DNA of 40,121 nucleotides, taken from positions 1 to 40,121 of the forward strand of contig JAIVIG010000278.1 in the NCBI GenBank assembly GCA_020200675.1, in the 5' to 3' direction. Each line of letters begins with the position of its first letter. Position 1 is the stretch's first letter. The DNA is from Actinomycetota bacterium (GTDB lineage Bacteria > Actinomycetota > Rubrobacteria > Rubrobacterales > Rubrobacteraceae). Made by a program: the position numbers and the translations under genes. The notes below the pieces were generated by a model that did not search any database, had not been told where the DNA came from, and saw nothing but the letters and a program-made list of their open reading frames with translations. This document shows, in pieces, positions 10,440-19,602 of this stretch.

Positions 10440-12391
10440 AGTCGCGCCCCCAGAGCCACGGCGGCCAGCGCTATCACGGCGATCAGGGCGACCGTCAAGA
10501 AGGCGTACTGGGCGCCAACGATCACCCCGAGGAGGAGAACGCTGACCAATATGAACAACGCATAGTTCTGCGCTCCGCCGCTCTGCAGCGGCCTGAGCCT
10601 CTCCCCGACCCCAACAGCGCCCCGACCGATGCCCGTGACGAAGCTACCCAGGGCGCGCCGGTCGAACTGGCGAACAAAGAGACCGATTGCCATCGCGGGC
10701 CGCACGAAGATCCGGTCGTAAAGCGCGTCGAAGTACCAGCCGTTGTCCAGGAAGGTGTAAATGGGCGAGAACCTGCGAGCCAGCGCCGCCGCCCGCTCCG
10801 GCTTGGGCACGTAGAGCGCGTAGGCCAGCGAGATCCCGGCGAGCCCCACGACCACCGAGACCACCGCCAACGTAACGTTGAACTCGTGCGGTTCCACGGC
10901 GAGCGTCTCGGTGGCGAACTCGCTCGGCGCGACGATCTCGGCGAAGAAGTCCCTGAGCGGAGTACCGACCAGCCCGCTAACCACCGCGAAGAAGGCCAGA
11001 ATCACCATCGGGCCCGTCATGATCCCCGGCGACTCGATCGCCTCACGGGCCGCCTCGCTCTTGGGCTCACCCATGAACGCAACGAAGATCGCGCGGAAAA
11101 TGTAGAAAGCCGTCAGGAACACGGTCAGCAGGGCCATCGCGAACAACACGTAGTAGTGATCCGCGAACGCCGAGACCACGATGGCCTCCTTCGACCAGAA
11201 GCCCGAGAGCGGGAAGATCCCCGCGAGAGAGACCCCCGCTATTACCATCGTCCAGAACGTTACCGGCATCCTGCGCCGCAGCCCGCCCATATCGAAGATG
11301 TTGTAGCTGTTCATCGCGTAGATGATGCTGCCGGCTCCGAGGAAAAGGAGCGCCTTGAAGAAGGCGTGGTTGTAGAGGTGGAAGATCCCCGCCGTGTAAG
11401 CCCCGATCCCCAAAGCGAGCATCATGTACCCGAGCTGCGAGACCGTCGAGTAGGCGATGACCCGCTTCATGTCCTTCTTGGTCAGCGCCATCGTCGCCGC
11501 CATGAGCGCCGTGAACCCGCCGATGTACGCAACCACGAGCATCGCGGTCGGGCTCTGCACGAAGATGTCGTAGGTCCGCGCCACGAGGTACACGCCCGCC
11601 GCGACCATCGTCGCCGCGTGGATTAGGGCGGACACCGGCGTCGGGCCCTCCATCGCGTCCGGGAGCCAGACGTGCAGCGGGAACTGGGCGCTCTTGCCGA
11701 TGGCCCCGACGAAGACCAGCACCACCGCCGCCGTGAACAACGAGCCGCCGACGAACCCGGCCTGGGCAGCCTGCGAGATACCCTCGTAAGAGGTCGTCCC
11801 CGTCGCCCGCCAGAACATGATGATCCCGACAAACAGCGCCGCGTCCCCGACGCGCGTCACGATAAACGCCTTCTGGGCTGCTCTAGCCGCTTCGGGCTTC
11901 TCGAACCAGTGCCCGATCAGGAGATACGAACACAGACCGACCAGCTCCCAGAACACGTACAGCTCGATAAAGTTCGACGCCACGACGAGGCCGAGCATCG
12001 AGGCGGTAAAGAGGTTCAGGACCGCGTAGTACCAGGCGAAGCGCTTGTCGTCCTGCATAAACGCCCCGGAGTAGAGTTGGATCATGAGGCTCACGAAGCA
12101 CACGACCACGAGCATCACCGCCGCGAGGCCGTCGATGTAGATCCCCATCTGGAAAGAGCCGCCCGCGCCGAAGTCCATCCAGTTGACCGCGAAGTCTATC
12201 GGCCGCCCGTCGCGAGCAACGAAGAACAACGCGAAGCACGAGAAGACCAGCGACGTCGCCACCCCAAAGATGGCGACGAACTGGGCGCCCTCACTGATGT
12301 AGCGTCCGAAGAGCGCCAGGACCAGGAAGACCAGCGCCGGGAGGACCGGGATGGCCGCGATGATCAGTTGCTGTCCCACGGTCTGGTTCAT
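10436..12391 (-). CDS. nuoL: Complex I subunit L
   Basis: GKSAQFPLHVWLPDAMEGPTPVSALIHAATMVAAGVY, HAFFKALLFLGAG. Confidence 0.97.
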   Translation of the reverse strand: MNQTVGQQLIIAAIPVLPALVFLVLALFGRYISEGAQFVAIFGVATSLVFSCFALFFVARDGRPIDFAVNWMDFGAGGSFQMGIYIDGLAAVMLVVVCFVSLMIQLYSGAFMQDDKRFAWYYAVLNLFTASMLGLVVASNFIELYVFWELVGLCSYLLIGHWFEKPEAARAAQKAFIVTRVGDAALFVGIIMFWRATGTTSYEGISQAAQAGFVGGSLFTAAVVLVFVGAIGKSAQFPLHVWLPDAMEGPTPVSALIHAATMVAAGVYLVARTYDIFVQSPTAMLVVAYIGGFTALMAATMALTKKDMKRVIAYSTVSQLGYMMLALGIGAYTAGIFHLYNHAFFKALLFLGAGSIIYAMNSYNIFDMGGLRRRMPVTFWTMVIAGVSLAGIFPLSGFWSKEAIVVSAFADHYYVLFAMALLTVFLTAFYIFRAIFVAFMGEPKSEAAREAIESPGIMTGPMVILAFFAVVSGLVGTPLRDFFAEIVAPSEFATETLAVEPHEFNVTLAVVSVVVGLAGISLAYALYVPKPERAAALARRFSPIYTFLDNGWYFDALYDRIFVRPAMAIGLFVRQFDRRALGSFVTGIGRGAVGVGERLRPLQSGGAQNYALFILVSVLLLGVIVGAQYAFLTVALIAVIALAAVALGARL

Positions 12392-12399
12392 CTACAAGC

Positions 12400-12738
12400 C
12401 TACCCCTTCATGAGGTTCACTTCGTCCACGTTCACCGTCCTGCGCGTGCGGAACACTGCCAGCACGATAGCGAGCCCCACCGCGACCTCCGCGGCGGCCA
12501 CGGCGATCACCAGCACCGCGTAGCCCACCCCCGCCCCGCCTGCGTTAGGCAGATAATCCGCGAACGCCACGAGCGAGAGGTTGACGGCGTTGATCATCAG
12601 CTCGATGCACATGAACACCACCACGGCGTTGCGGCGGATAAGCGCTCCCCACGCCCCGATGGCGAACGTGATCGCGCCAACCACCAGATACCCCTCCAGC
12701 GGCACGGTCGCGCTCAGCGCATCCAGGAACTGCTGCAC
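12400..12738 (-). CDS. nuoK: Complex I subunit K
   Basis: GTG at 12738 overlaps the nuoJ stop. RRNAVVVFMCIELMINAVNL, VAAAEVAVGLAI. Confidence 0.93.
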   Translation of the reverse strand: MQQFLDALSATVPLEGYLVVGAITFAIGAWGALIRRNAVVVFMCIELMINAVNLSLVAFADYLPNAGGAGVGYAVLVIAVAAAEVAVGLAIVLAVFRTRRTVNVDEVNLMKG

Positions 12739-13277
12739 TACTCCTCCACCCCCCTGTCGGTCCCTCCTTCGGCGCTCTTGCGGCGGCTGATCACGATGGC
12801 CGCGATTATCGCCACCAAAAGCAGCACCGAGATCACCTCGAAGAGCAACTGAAATATCTCCGGCGCCCCGTTGACCCCGAGTAGTATCTCGCCCAGAGGC
12901 CCCGGTCCTTGCGGCCCGTTCCCCGGTTCCGTGCCGGACCAGTCCTGTTTGCTCAAGACGTACGCCAGAAACGCCCCGACCCCGATGGCGACGAAGAAGC
13001 CCGGCCAGCGCTGGCGCTGGATGATCGTCCTGAAGCTCTGGACTTGGGGCCTTTGGGTGAACATGATCCCGAACAATACCAGGACCGTGACCGCCCCGAC
13101 GTAGATCAAAACCTGAAACGCTGCTAAAGCCGGGGCGTTGAGCATCACGAAGAAGCCGGCGACCCCCAGGAAAGAGGCCGACATGAACAGGGCCGAGTGA
13201 ACGACGCTGCGGCTCAAGACTACCCCGAGCGCCGAAAGGAGGGTCATCGAAGCGAGAAAGGCGAACGCGACGATCAA
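12738..13277 (-). CDS. nuoJ: Complex I subunit J
   Basis: VHSALFM, FQVLIYVGAVTVLVLFGIM, LFEVISVLLLVAIIAAIVI. Confidence 0.93.
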   Translation of the reverse strand: MIVAFAFLASMTLLSALGVVLSRSVVHSALFMSASFLGVAGFFVMLNAPALAAFQVLIYVGAVTVLVLFGIMFTQRPQVQSFRTIIQRQRWPGFFVAIGVGAFLAYVLSKQDWSGTEPGNGPQGPGPLGEILLGVNGAPEIFQLLFEVISVLLLVAIIAAIVISRRKSAEGGTDRGVEE

Positions 13278-13804
13278 GTCGCTTCATCCTTTTCGGTTAC
13301 GGCACGCTGTACGGTTGCGGCACGCTGATCTTCGGTCTTGGGGGCATTTTTGGCGGGCTTTTTCTTCTTTTTGACGGCGGGCTTGGGGTCCACCGTGGGG
13401 TCGACGGGCCGCTCGCCGAATTGGCGGGCAAGCTCCAACCTGTTGTAAGCCTGAGCTTCGAACTCCTCGGTGTGGTAGATGCAGTTGACTGGGCAGACCT
13501 CGACGCAAAGGGAGCAGTACATGCAGCGCGAGTCGTCGATCACGAAGCCGACCGCGTAGGGCTTGGCCTTGCCGGAGCCGTCTATGTCGCGCTTCGTCAT
13601 CTCGATAGAGATGCAGTGGTCCGGGCAGACCCTCATGCACTGCAGGCACGCGATGCACCGGTCCATGTCCACCGTCAGCAGCCCGCGGCTACGCTCGCCG
13701 AGGTCGCGCTTGTACTCAGGGTACTGGCGTGTGATCTTCTTCTCGAAGAGGTGCTTGAGGGTGATCCCCATCCCCTTCAAAACTCCCTGTCCCAATTGAG
13801 GCAT
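13274..13804 (-). CDS. nuoI: Complex I subunit I, 2x[4Fe-4S]
   Basis: TRQYPE, CIACLQCMRVCP, CMYCSLCVEVCP, Lys-rich C-terminal tail. Confidence 0.94.
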   Translation of the reverse strand: MPQLGQGVLKGMGITLKHLFEKKITRQYPEYKRDLGERSRGLLTVDMDRCIACLQCMRVCPDHCISIEMTKRDIDGSGKAKPYAVGFVIDDSRCMYCSLCVEVCPVNCIYHTEEFEAQAYNRLELARQFGERPVDPTVDPKPAVKKKKKPAKNAPKTEDQRAATVQRAVTEKDEAT

Positions 13805-13819
13805 ACTACGAGCCCTCCT

Positions 13820-14848
13820 CTATCCGAAAACCGATGGGAACGCCAGCACCGCGCCGGCGGTAACGAACAGCCAAAGAATGGTAAGCGGGACCAGAATCTT
13901 CCAGCCGAAGTCCATCAGCTGGTCCATGCGCAGGCGCGGCAGGGTCCAGCGTATCCACAGGAAGGAAAACATGATGAGCGCCGCCTTGAGGCCGAACCAG
14001 ATCCAGTTGAAGTTCCCGAAGTCTAGAAACTCGAGCGGCGGCTGCCAGCCCCCGAAAAACAGCGTCGCACCGATCGCCGATATCAGGCCCATCAAGGCAA
14101 ACTCGGAGGCCTGGATCAGGGCCCAGGTCATCCCGGAGTACTCGACCATGAACCCGCCGACGATCTCGCTCTCCCCCTCCGGCAGGTCGAAAGGGATCCG
14201 CTTTACCTCCGCAATTCCCGCGACGTAGAACGCGATGAGCATCGGGAACTGCGGCAAGAAGTACCAGTTCCAGAACCCGCCGTCTTGCGCGGCCACGATA
14301 TCTACTAAAGACAAACTCCCGGCGAGTACCGCGACCCCGAGCATGCTCAAGATCAGCGGCACCTCGTAAGAGATCAGCTGGCCCGCGCCCCTGAGAGCGC
14401 CGAAGAGCGCGAAGTTCGAGCGGCTTCCGTAGCCCGCCATGATCACCCCCAAGGCCCCGATGGACGTTATCGAGATGAAGAACAGCAGCGCGATGTTCAG
14501 GTCCGCGACGACCGCCCCGGGCGCGAACGGCACCACCAACCAGATGGCCGCCGCCGGGATGAACATGGCGATGGGCGCCGCGAGGAAGACCCAACGATCC
14601 GCCCGACTCGGCGACAGGTTCTCCTTGGTGAACAGCTTGAATACGTCCGCCAACGGCTGCAACAGACCCCTTGGACCTACCCGGTTAGGGCCGTAGCGTC
14701 CCTGGATGTACGCCGCCACCTTCCGCTCGGACATCGTGAGGATAGCCGCCAGGTTCAGGGTCAAGAACAGTACCGCCGCGAAGGAGACCAGGAACCGCCA
14801 GGGCTCCTGGTTTAAGTACTCGATCACCGTACCCACTACTTGTCCCAT
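13820..14848 (-). CDS. nuoH: Complex I subunit H
   Basis: [66 protein letters not shown]. Confidence 0.96.
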   Translation of the reverse strand: MGQVVGTVIEYLNQEPWRFLVSFAAVLFLTLNLAAILTMSERKVAAYIQGRYGPNRVGPRGLLQPLADVFKLFTKENLSPSRADRWVFLAAPIAMFIPAAAIWLVVPFAPGAVVADLNIALLFFISITSIGALGVIMAGYGSRSNFALFGALRGAGQLISYEVPLILSMLGVAVLAGSLSLVDIVAAQDGGFWNWYFLPQFPMLIAFYVAGIAEVKRIPFDLPEGESEIVGGFMVEYSGMTWALIQASEFALMGLISAIGATLFFGGWQPPLEFLDFGNFNWIWFGLKAALIMFSFLWIRWTLPRLRMDQLMDFGWKILVPLTILWLFVTAGAVLAFPSVFG

Positions 14849-16020
14849 CCTCCGGAGACCGGATCTATGAGGCCCATGATCGCGATGACGTCCGGCAGGT
14901 AGTGGCCGGGCAAGATCTCCTGCAGAAGCTGCATGTTGACGAAGCTCGGGTCGCGGTAGTGTACCCGGTAGGGCACGTCCGACCCGTCGGAGACCACATG
15001 CACCGCGAATTCGCCGCGCGGGCTCTCGACCCTGCCGAAGCCCTCGCCTTCGGGCGGACGTATCCTGCGGCTCACGTCCCCCATGACCTCGCCTTCGGGC
15101 AGCTTCTCCAACACCTGCTTGACGATCCTTATGCTCTGCTTGATCTCCCCGATCCTCACCCGGTACCCGGCCTCGACGTCGCCCCCGGTGTCGGTGATGA
15201 CGTCGAACTCGACGTTCGGGTACCAGCTGTAAGGGTAGTCGCGCCGGATGTCGAAGTCCACGCCGGTGCAGCGCAAAGCAGGTCCCGTCACGCCTATCTC
15301 CACGGCCTTCTCCTGGCTCATCCTCCCGACGCCGCGGGTGCGGGCGACGAAGATCTCGTTCCCCTCGATGAGGTCCACGAAGTCCCTCTGGAGGTTCGCC
15401 TCCAGGCTCTCGACGTACTCCCAGATCCTCTCAGGTATATCCGCCGGCAGGTCCGCCTTCACCCCGCCGATGCGGAGGTAGTGGAACATCATCCTGGCGC
15501 CCGTGACCGCCTCGAAGATGTTCTGTATCCGCTCCCGCTCCCGGAAAGCGTACAGGATCGGCGTGAACGCCCCGAGCTCCAGCATGAGAAAGCCCGTGGA
15601 AGGAAGGTGGCTCGCCAGGCGCATGAGCTCGCACATCAGGACGCGGATCGCGTCCGCGCGCGGCGGTATCTCGATGTCTAATAGGTCCTCTACCGCTAAA
15701 CAATAGCCGTGCTCCATGTGCATGTTGGCGAAGTAGTCGAGCCGGTCGGTCAGAGGGATAACGGCCGGGTACATCCGGTTCTCGGCGATCTTCTCCTGGC
15801 AACGGTGCAGATAACCCATGACGGTATCGCAGCGCACGACCGTCTCCCCGTCGAGCTCCAGGATGAGGCGCAGGAGGCCGTGCATCGCCGGGTGCTGGGG
15901 GCCCACGTTCAGGTCTATCGTCTCGAGGCCGAACTCGTCCCGGAGGTACGGGTTCGTCAGCCGCTCGGTCGCCCGGCCGCTTAAAGCCGCGCTCTCCGCA
16001 ACACGTTCTTGTTCAAGCAT
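14836..16020 (-). CDS. nuoD: Complex I subunit D
   Basis: [35 protein letters not shown]. Confidence 0.95.
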   Translation of the reverse strand: MLEQERVAESAALSGRATERLTNPYLRDEFGLETIDLNVGPQHPAMHGLLRLILELDGETVVRCDTVMGYLHRCQEKIAENRMYPAVIPLTDRLDYFANMHMEHGYCLAVEDLLDIEIPPRADAIRVLMCELMRLASHLPSTGFLMLELGAFTPILYAFRERERIQNIFEAVTGARMMFHYLRIGGVKADLPADIPERIWEYVESLEANLQRDFVDLIEGNEIFVARTRGVGRMSQEKAVEIGVTGPALRCTGVDFDIRRDYPYSWYPNVEFDVITDTGGDVEAGYRVRIGEIKQSIRIVKQVLEKLPEGEVMGDVSRRIRPPEGEGFGRVESPRGEFAVHVVSDGSDVPYRVHYRDPSFVNMQLLQEILPGHYLPDVIAIMGLIDPVSGGWDK

Positions 16021-16023
16021 CTC

Positions 16024-16515
16024 TCACCTCAACCCCTCGAAGGTACGCTTGGTGCTGATCTCGAAGCTCTTCAAGAGCGGGTGGTGGTCGAAGTGGTCCT
16101 GCCACATGTACACCCGCCTCAGGTCCGGGTGCCCCTTAAAGGCCACCCCGAACATGTCGTAGGCCTCCCGCTCGTGCCAGTTGGCGGTGGGGTAGATCCC
16201 CGTTACCGTGTCTATTACCGGCTCCTCGCCCTGAATGGTCGTCTTGACCCGCACGCTCACGCCGCGCAGATCGAGCAACTCATACGTAAGCTCGAAAGAC
16301 CCCACCCTGTCCACGACAGTGATGTACGAGAGGTGCAGGATCTGCAAATACTCCCGCGCCGTCGCCAAAACGGCCGGCACGATACCGGGCTTGACGACGA
16401 GGGTTATGACGTTGCCCTCTACCCCCGACTCCTCCAGACCGTGCCGGTTGCGAAAACCCTCGAGGTAACGCTTCGGCCTACCTTCCAGGTCGCTTTGGGG
16501 CAGCGTTGCGCCCAT
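16024..16515 (-). CDS. nuoC: Complex I subunit C
   Basis: ANWHEREAYDMFGVAFKGHPDLRR..HPLLKSF. Confidence 0.93.
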   Translation of the reverse strand: MGATLPQSDLEGRPKRYLEGFRNRHGLEESGVEGNVITLVVKPGIVPAVLATAREYLQILHLSYITVVDRVGSFELTYELLDLRGVSVRVKTTIQGEEPVIDTVTGIYPTANWHEREAYDMFGVAFKGHPDLRRVYMWQDHFDHHPLLKSFEISTKRTFEGLR

Positions 16516-17295
16516 CTACGAGCCCTCGTCCTTCGACTCGTCGGGCTTTTTGGCGGAGTAGTCCGGGCTCCCCTTCGGGCTCGCCGGCTCCTCTTCTCCG
16601 CCGCCTTGCTCAGCGTGCTTCTTCTCCGGAACCCAGCCGACGTCGGTCTGGGCGGCGGGCGGCATGCCCGTGCGCTCGAAGACGTAGGTGCGCTTCAAAG
16701 GCCTTATGTTCTCGAAGCGCGGCGCCTTGCCCTCGCTGATCCCCTCGTACTCCCGCTCGGGGAGATACTCGAGGAACTCGCCGTCCTCGGTGACAAGCGC
16801 GGGGCGCGGCTTCTCGTAGCCGACCTGCCGGTCCCGCTCGACCTTCTTCTGGAGCGTCATGACCCCGAAGATAAGGGCCTCCGGCCGCGGCGGGCAGCCC
16901 GGCACGTAGACGTCAACCGGAATAACCCTGTCCGCCCCCATGAGGACGGAGTAGCCGTCCAGGAACGGCCCGCCCGAGATGGCGCAGGCGCCCATCGCGA
17001 TGACCCACTTGGGCTCGGGCATCTGCTCGTAGAGGCGCGTCATCCGCTCGGCCATCTTGGTGGTGACGGTGCCGGAGACGATCATAACGTCCGACTGGCG
17101 TGGCGAGGCGGGGAAGAAACCGGCTCCGAAGCGGTCGAGGTCGTTGTGGGCCATGCCGGTAGCCATCATCTCGATCGCGCAACACGCAAGCCCAAACTGC
17201 AGGGGCCACAAAGAGTTCTTCCTGGCCCAGTTAAAGAGCTTGTCGGTGCTCGTCGTTATGATGTTCGGCTCGTTGAACTTCTGCATCACACCCAT
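16516..17295 (-). CDS. nuoB: Complex I subunit B with C-terminal extension
   Basis: [40 protein letters not shown]. Start is ATG 17295, or ATG 17286 overlapping the nuoA stop. Confidence 0.95.
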   Translation of the reverse strand: MGVMQKFNEPNIITTSTDKLFNWARKNSLWPLQFGLACCAIEMMATGMAHNDLDRFGAGFFPASPRQSDVMIVSGTVTTKMAERMTRLYEQMPEPKWVIAMGACAISGGPFLDGYSVLMGADRVIPVDVYVPGCPPRPEALIFGVMTLQKKVERDRQVGYEKPRPALVTEDGEFLEYLPEREYEGISEGKAPRFENIRPLKRTYVFERTGMPPAAQTDVGWVPEKKHAEQGGGEEEPASPKGSPDYSAKKPDESKDEGS

Positions 17296-17626
17296 TCGAG
17301 TGCCCCCTTCTTCCAGGCGTAGGCGAGCCCCACGGCCAATATGAGTACGAAAATCACCATCTCCACGAAGCCGTACAGGCCGAGGCAAGGAGCGCGAAGA
17401 CGTAGTACCGGACCGGAAACGGGCGCCACGGGTCCGTGACACTCGTCTCGCCGGTCTCGTAAATCTTGCCCTGCTCCCGCGAGCTCCTGCTACTGGGCGC
17501 TATGAGCCGCGCCAAAGCCAGAGTCGTCGCCACGAAACCTACGACCAGCAGTATGAACAAGCCGACGTACACGTAGAGCGTGCCGTAACTAATCTCCTGC
17601 GTTCCTTGCAACAGGGCTAGCGCCAA
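17286..17626 (-). pseudogene. nuoA: Complex I subunit A, frameshifted by an internal deletion at ~17383-17390
   Basis: [16 protein letters not shown] in one frame, [32 protein letters not shown] in another. The conserved FDVE..LYPWA segment is absent. Confidence 0.88.
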
Positions 17627-17819
17627 ATTCTGGGCCTTTCTTCCCGTGAAACGCTACCGGAAACCAGACGCAATATACCCGCGTTACACGCAACTTTCAA
17701 GAAGCTACTAACAGTAGCAAAGAGCGTTTAGCCGCTCCCGTCGCCGGCCTTGCCGTTAGAGTAGTCATTCCCTCCTTTTATCACTGTCCGAGCTTCTCGA
17801 TGAAGGTCAGCTCGTCTTG

Positions 17820-17847
17820 TTGACAACGTTTTCTGATTGGCTAGACT
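17820..17847 (+). promoter_or_regulatory. Housekeeping sigma-type promoter for the ferredoxin operon
   Basis: TTGACA (17820-25), 16 nt spacer, TAGACT (17842-47). Confidence 0.6.
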
Positions 17848-17892
17848 AGCCTTCGGGAAGTTCTGATCGGTTAGACTATAACCTTCGGGAAC
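17831..17892 (+). repeat. Imperfect ~30-bp tandem duplication over the promoter
   Basis: ttctgattggctagactagccttcgggaag / ttctgatcggttagactataaccttcgggaac. Confidence 0.8.
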
Positions 17893-17965
17893 CTTTAGGA
17901 AGGAGCATCACTATAGAGGCTGGTACCAGCGGAAAGTAGGAACGCTCAGAAGAGGAGGAACGGTA

Positions 17966-18229
17966 GTGACCTACGTTATAACCGAAACGTGTATCGGCAC
18001 GAAGAACACCGCTTGCGTGCAGGTATGCCCGGTTGACTGCATCTACGACGAGGGGGACCACTATCTAATCAACCCCGAGGAGTGCATCGACTGCGCCATG
18101 TGCATGCCCGAGTGCCCGGTGGAGGCCATCTACCCCGACGACGAGGTCCCCGAGGACATGCAGCACTACACCACCAAGGCCGCTGAGTTCGACTACTCGG
18201 GGATTGCGCCGGGCTTCGGGATCAATTAG
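17966..18229 (+). CDS. fdxA: FdxA-type 7Fe ([3Fe-4S]+[4Fe-4S]) ferredoxin
   Basis: MTYVITETCIGTKNTACVQVCPVDCIY..INPEECIDCAMCMPECPVEAI. GAGGAGG RBS. Confidence 0.92.
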   Translation: MTYVITETCIGTKNTACVQVCPVDCIYDEGDHYLINPEECIDCAMCMPECPVEAIYPDDEVPEDMQHYTTKAAEFDYSGIAPGFGIN

Positions 18230-18258
18230 TCGGACAACTCTTTAGGGGGCAATGGATC

Positions 18259-19428
18259 ATGGCCGAGATGAAGCAACGCAGCCTCGAAGAAGTAAAGGCC
18301 CTGAGCGTTGAAGAGGCCGTGGAGATCATGCGCCAGGCCGGCATAGTCGGCGCGGGAGGCGGCGGGTTCCCGACGTACTTCAAGTACAAGAACCCCCAGC
18401 CGCACCTGATCGTCAACGCCACCGAGAGCGAGCCCGGCTACTGGGGGGACAAGCTGGTACAAAAAGAGTACCTCGAGGAGTTCCTCCAGCTTTTCGAGGC
18501 CATGAAGGCGATCTTCGGCTTGGAGCAGATTTCCTTGGGCGTGCACAAGAAGGACCGGGAGTGGTTCGCCGACTACGCCGAGCACGCCGACGACGGCGTC
18601 TTCGATATGCGCTACGTGCCGGACACGTACGCCCTGGGCGAGGAGAAGACCCTCATCAAGCATGCCACCGACTCCAGGGTGCCCCGGTTCATGGATGAGC
18701 CCGACGGCACCAGGCGCCCGGGGATGCCGCCGGACGTCGGCATCGTCGTCAATAACTCGGAGACCTTGCTCAACGTCTACAACGCGCTCTTCTTGGGCAA
18801 GCCCACCACCACGTCGTTCTTCACCGTCTACGGCGAGGAGATGGACATAAAGGTCTACGAGACGCCGATAGGGGCCTCGGTGAGCGAGGTCCTGGGGATA
18901 GCGGGGCTAGACGTCGAGAACTCTAGCCACCTCTCGGTTATAGACGGCGGGCCGTACCTGCACGATATGGCTATCGAGGAGCTGGGGACGGGTGACGACG
19001 CCTACGTGCGGCGGATGACGAACGCCCTCTTATTACTCCCCAAGGGCAGGCAAGGCAAAGAGTACGCCGGCATAAAGACCGATCCCCCCGAAGAAGGCAT
19101 CGTCTCTTTGGTCGGCAAGATCTCGGGCGTGCATCTGCCCCTGGGCGGCGGTTTATTGAAGCCGGCCACGCCGCTCGTCTCCGAGGGCGACGAAGTGGAG
19201 TACGAGCAGAAGATAGGAGAGCCCGTCGACGAGGGCTTCTCGATCGGTGTCTGGGCGAGCGCGGGGGGAGAGATATCCTCCATAGAGAACGGCATGGTCG
19301 CCATAGCCGGCGGCGCGATACCCCAGGAGCAAGCCGAAGCCGAGGCCGAACCGAGCAGCGCCGGTGGCGCCCAACCTCGGGGGGAGGCCGAACCCTTTCA
19401 GGAGGCCGGGTCCGAAACGAACAGGTAA
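18259..19428 (+). CDS. PduS/RnfC-like flavoprotein (NuoF-type FMN domain, SLBB, C-terminal RnfC_N-like barrel) with no Fe-S domain
   Basis: AGIVGAGGGGFPTY, LIVNATESEP, YALGEE, VVNNSETLLNVYNA, PIGASVSEVL, IDGGP, C-terminal PLVSEGDEV..VWASAGGEI. No Cys residues. Confidence 0.8.
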   Translation: MAEMKQRSLEEVKALSVEEAVEIMRQAGIVGAGGGGFPTYFKYKNPQPHLIVNATESEPGYWGDKLVQKEYLEEFLQLFEAMKAIFGLEQISLGVHKKDREWFADYAEHADDGVFDMRYVPDTYALGEEKTLIKHATDSRVPRFMDEPDGTRRPGMPPDVGIVVNNSETLLNVYNALFLGKPTTTSFFTVYGEEMDIKVYETPIGASVSEVLGIAGLDVENSSHLSVIDGGPYLHDMAIEELGTGDDAYVRRMTNALLLLPKGRQGKEYAGIKTDPPEEGIVSLVGKISGVHLPLGGGLLKPATPLVSEGDEVEYEQKIGEPVDEGFSIGVWASAGGEISSIENGMVAIAGGAIPQEQAEAEAEPSSAGGAQPRGEAEPFQEAGSETNR

Positions 19429-19602
19429 GGGGCAGGCGCCGACAACAGAGAGCCGGTACGCAGCGCCCCGGCCCTCCGCATGCTCCGTGGTCTGAGCTCA
19501 AAAGCGGTGAAACTTCTTTGCTCCCGGGTTCCCTGATAGGTGAGCGGATTACGAGTGAGCCGCCGTGTCCGCGAAACATGCCTTAGCAGTAGCAAGTTGC
19601 GT

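Noticed and set aside
12739-13287. ORF-track N-terminal extensions of nuoK (also nuoB, atpA, tsaC)
   Set aside because: They are alternate-frame overlaps with upstream genes. Better starts overlap the upstream stops.
14830-14860. Absence of nuoEFG as another artefactual deletion
   Set aside because: The NuoD C-terminus and NuoH N-terminus are both intact and overlap naturally, unlike the broken junctions elsewhere.
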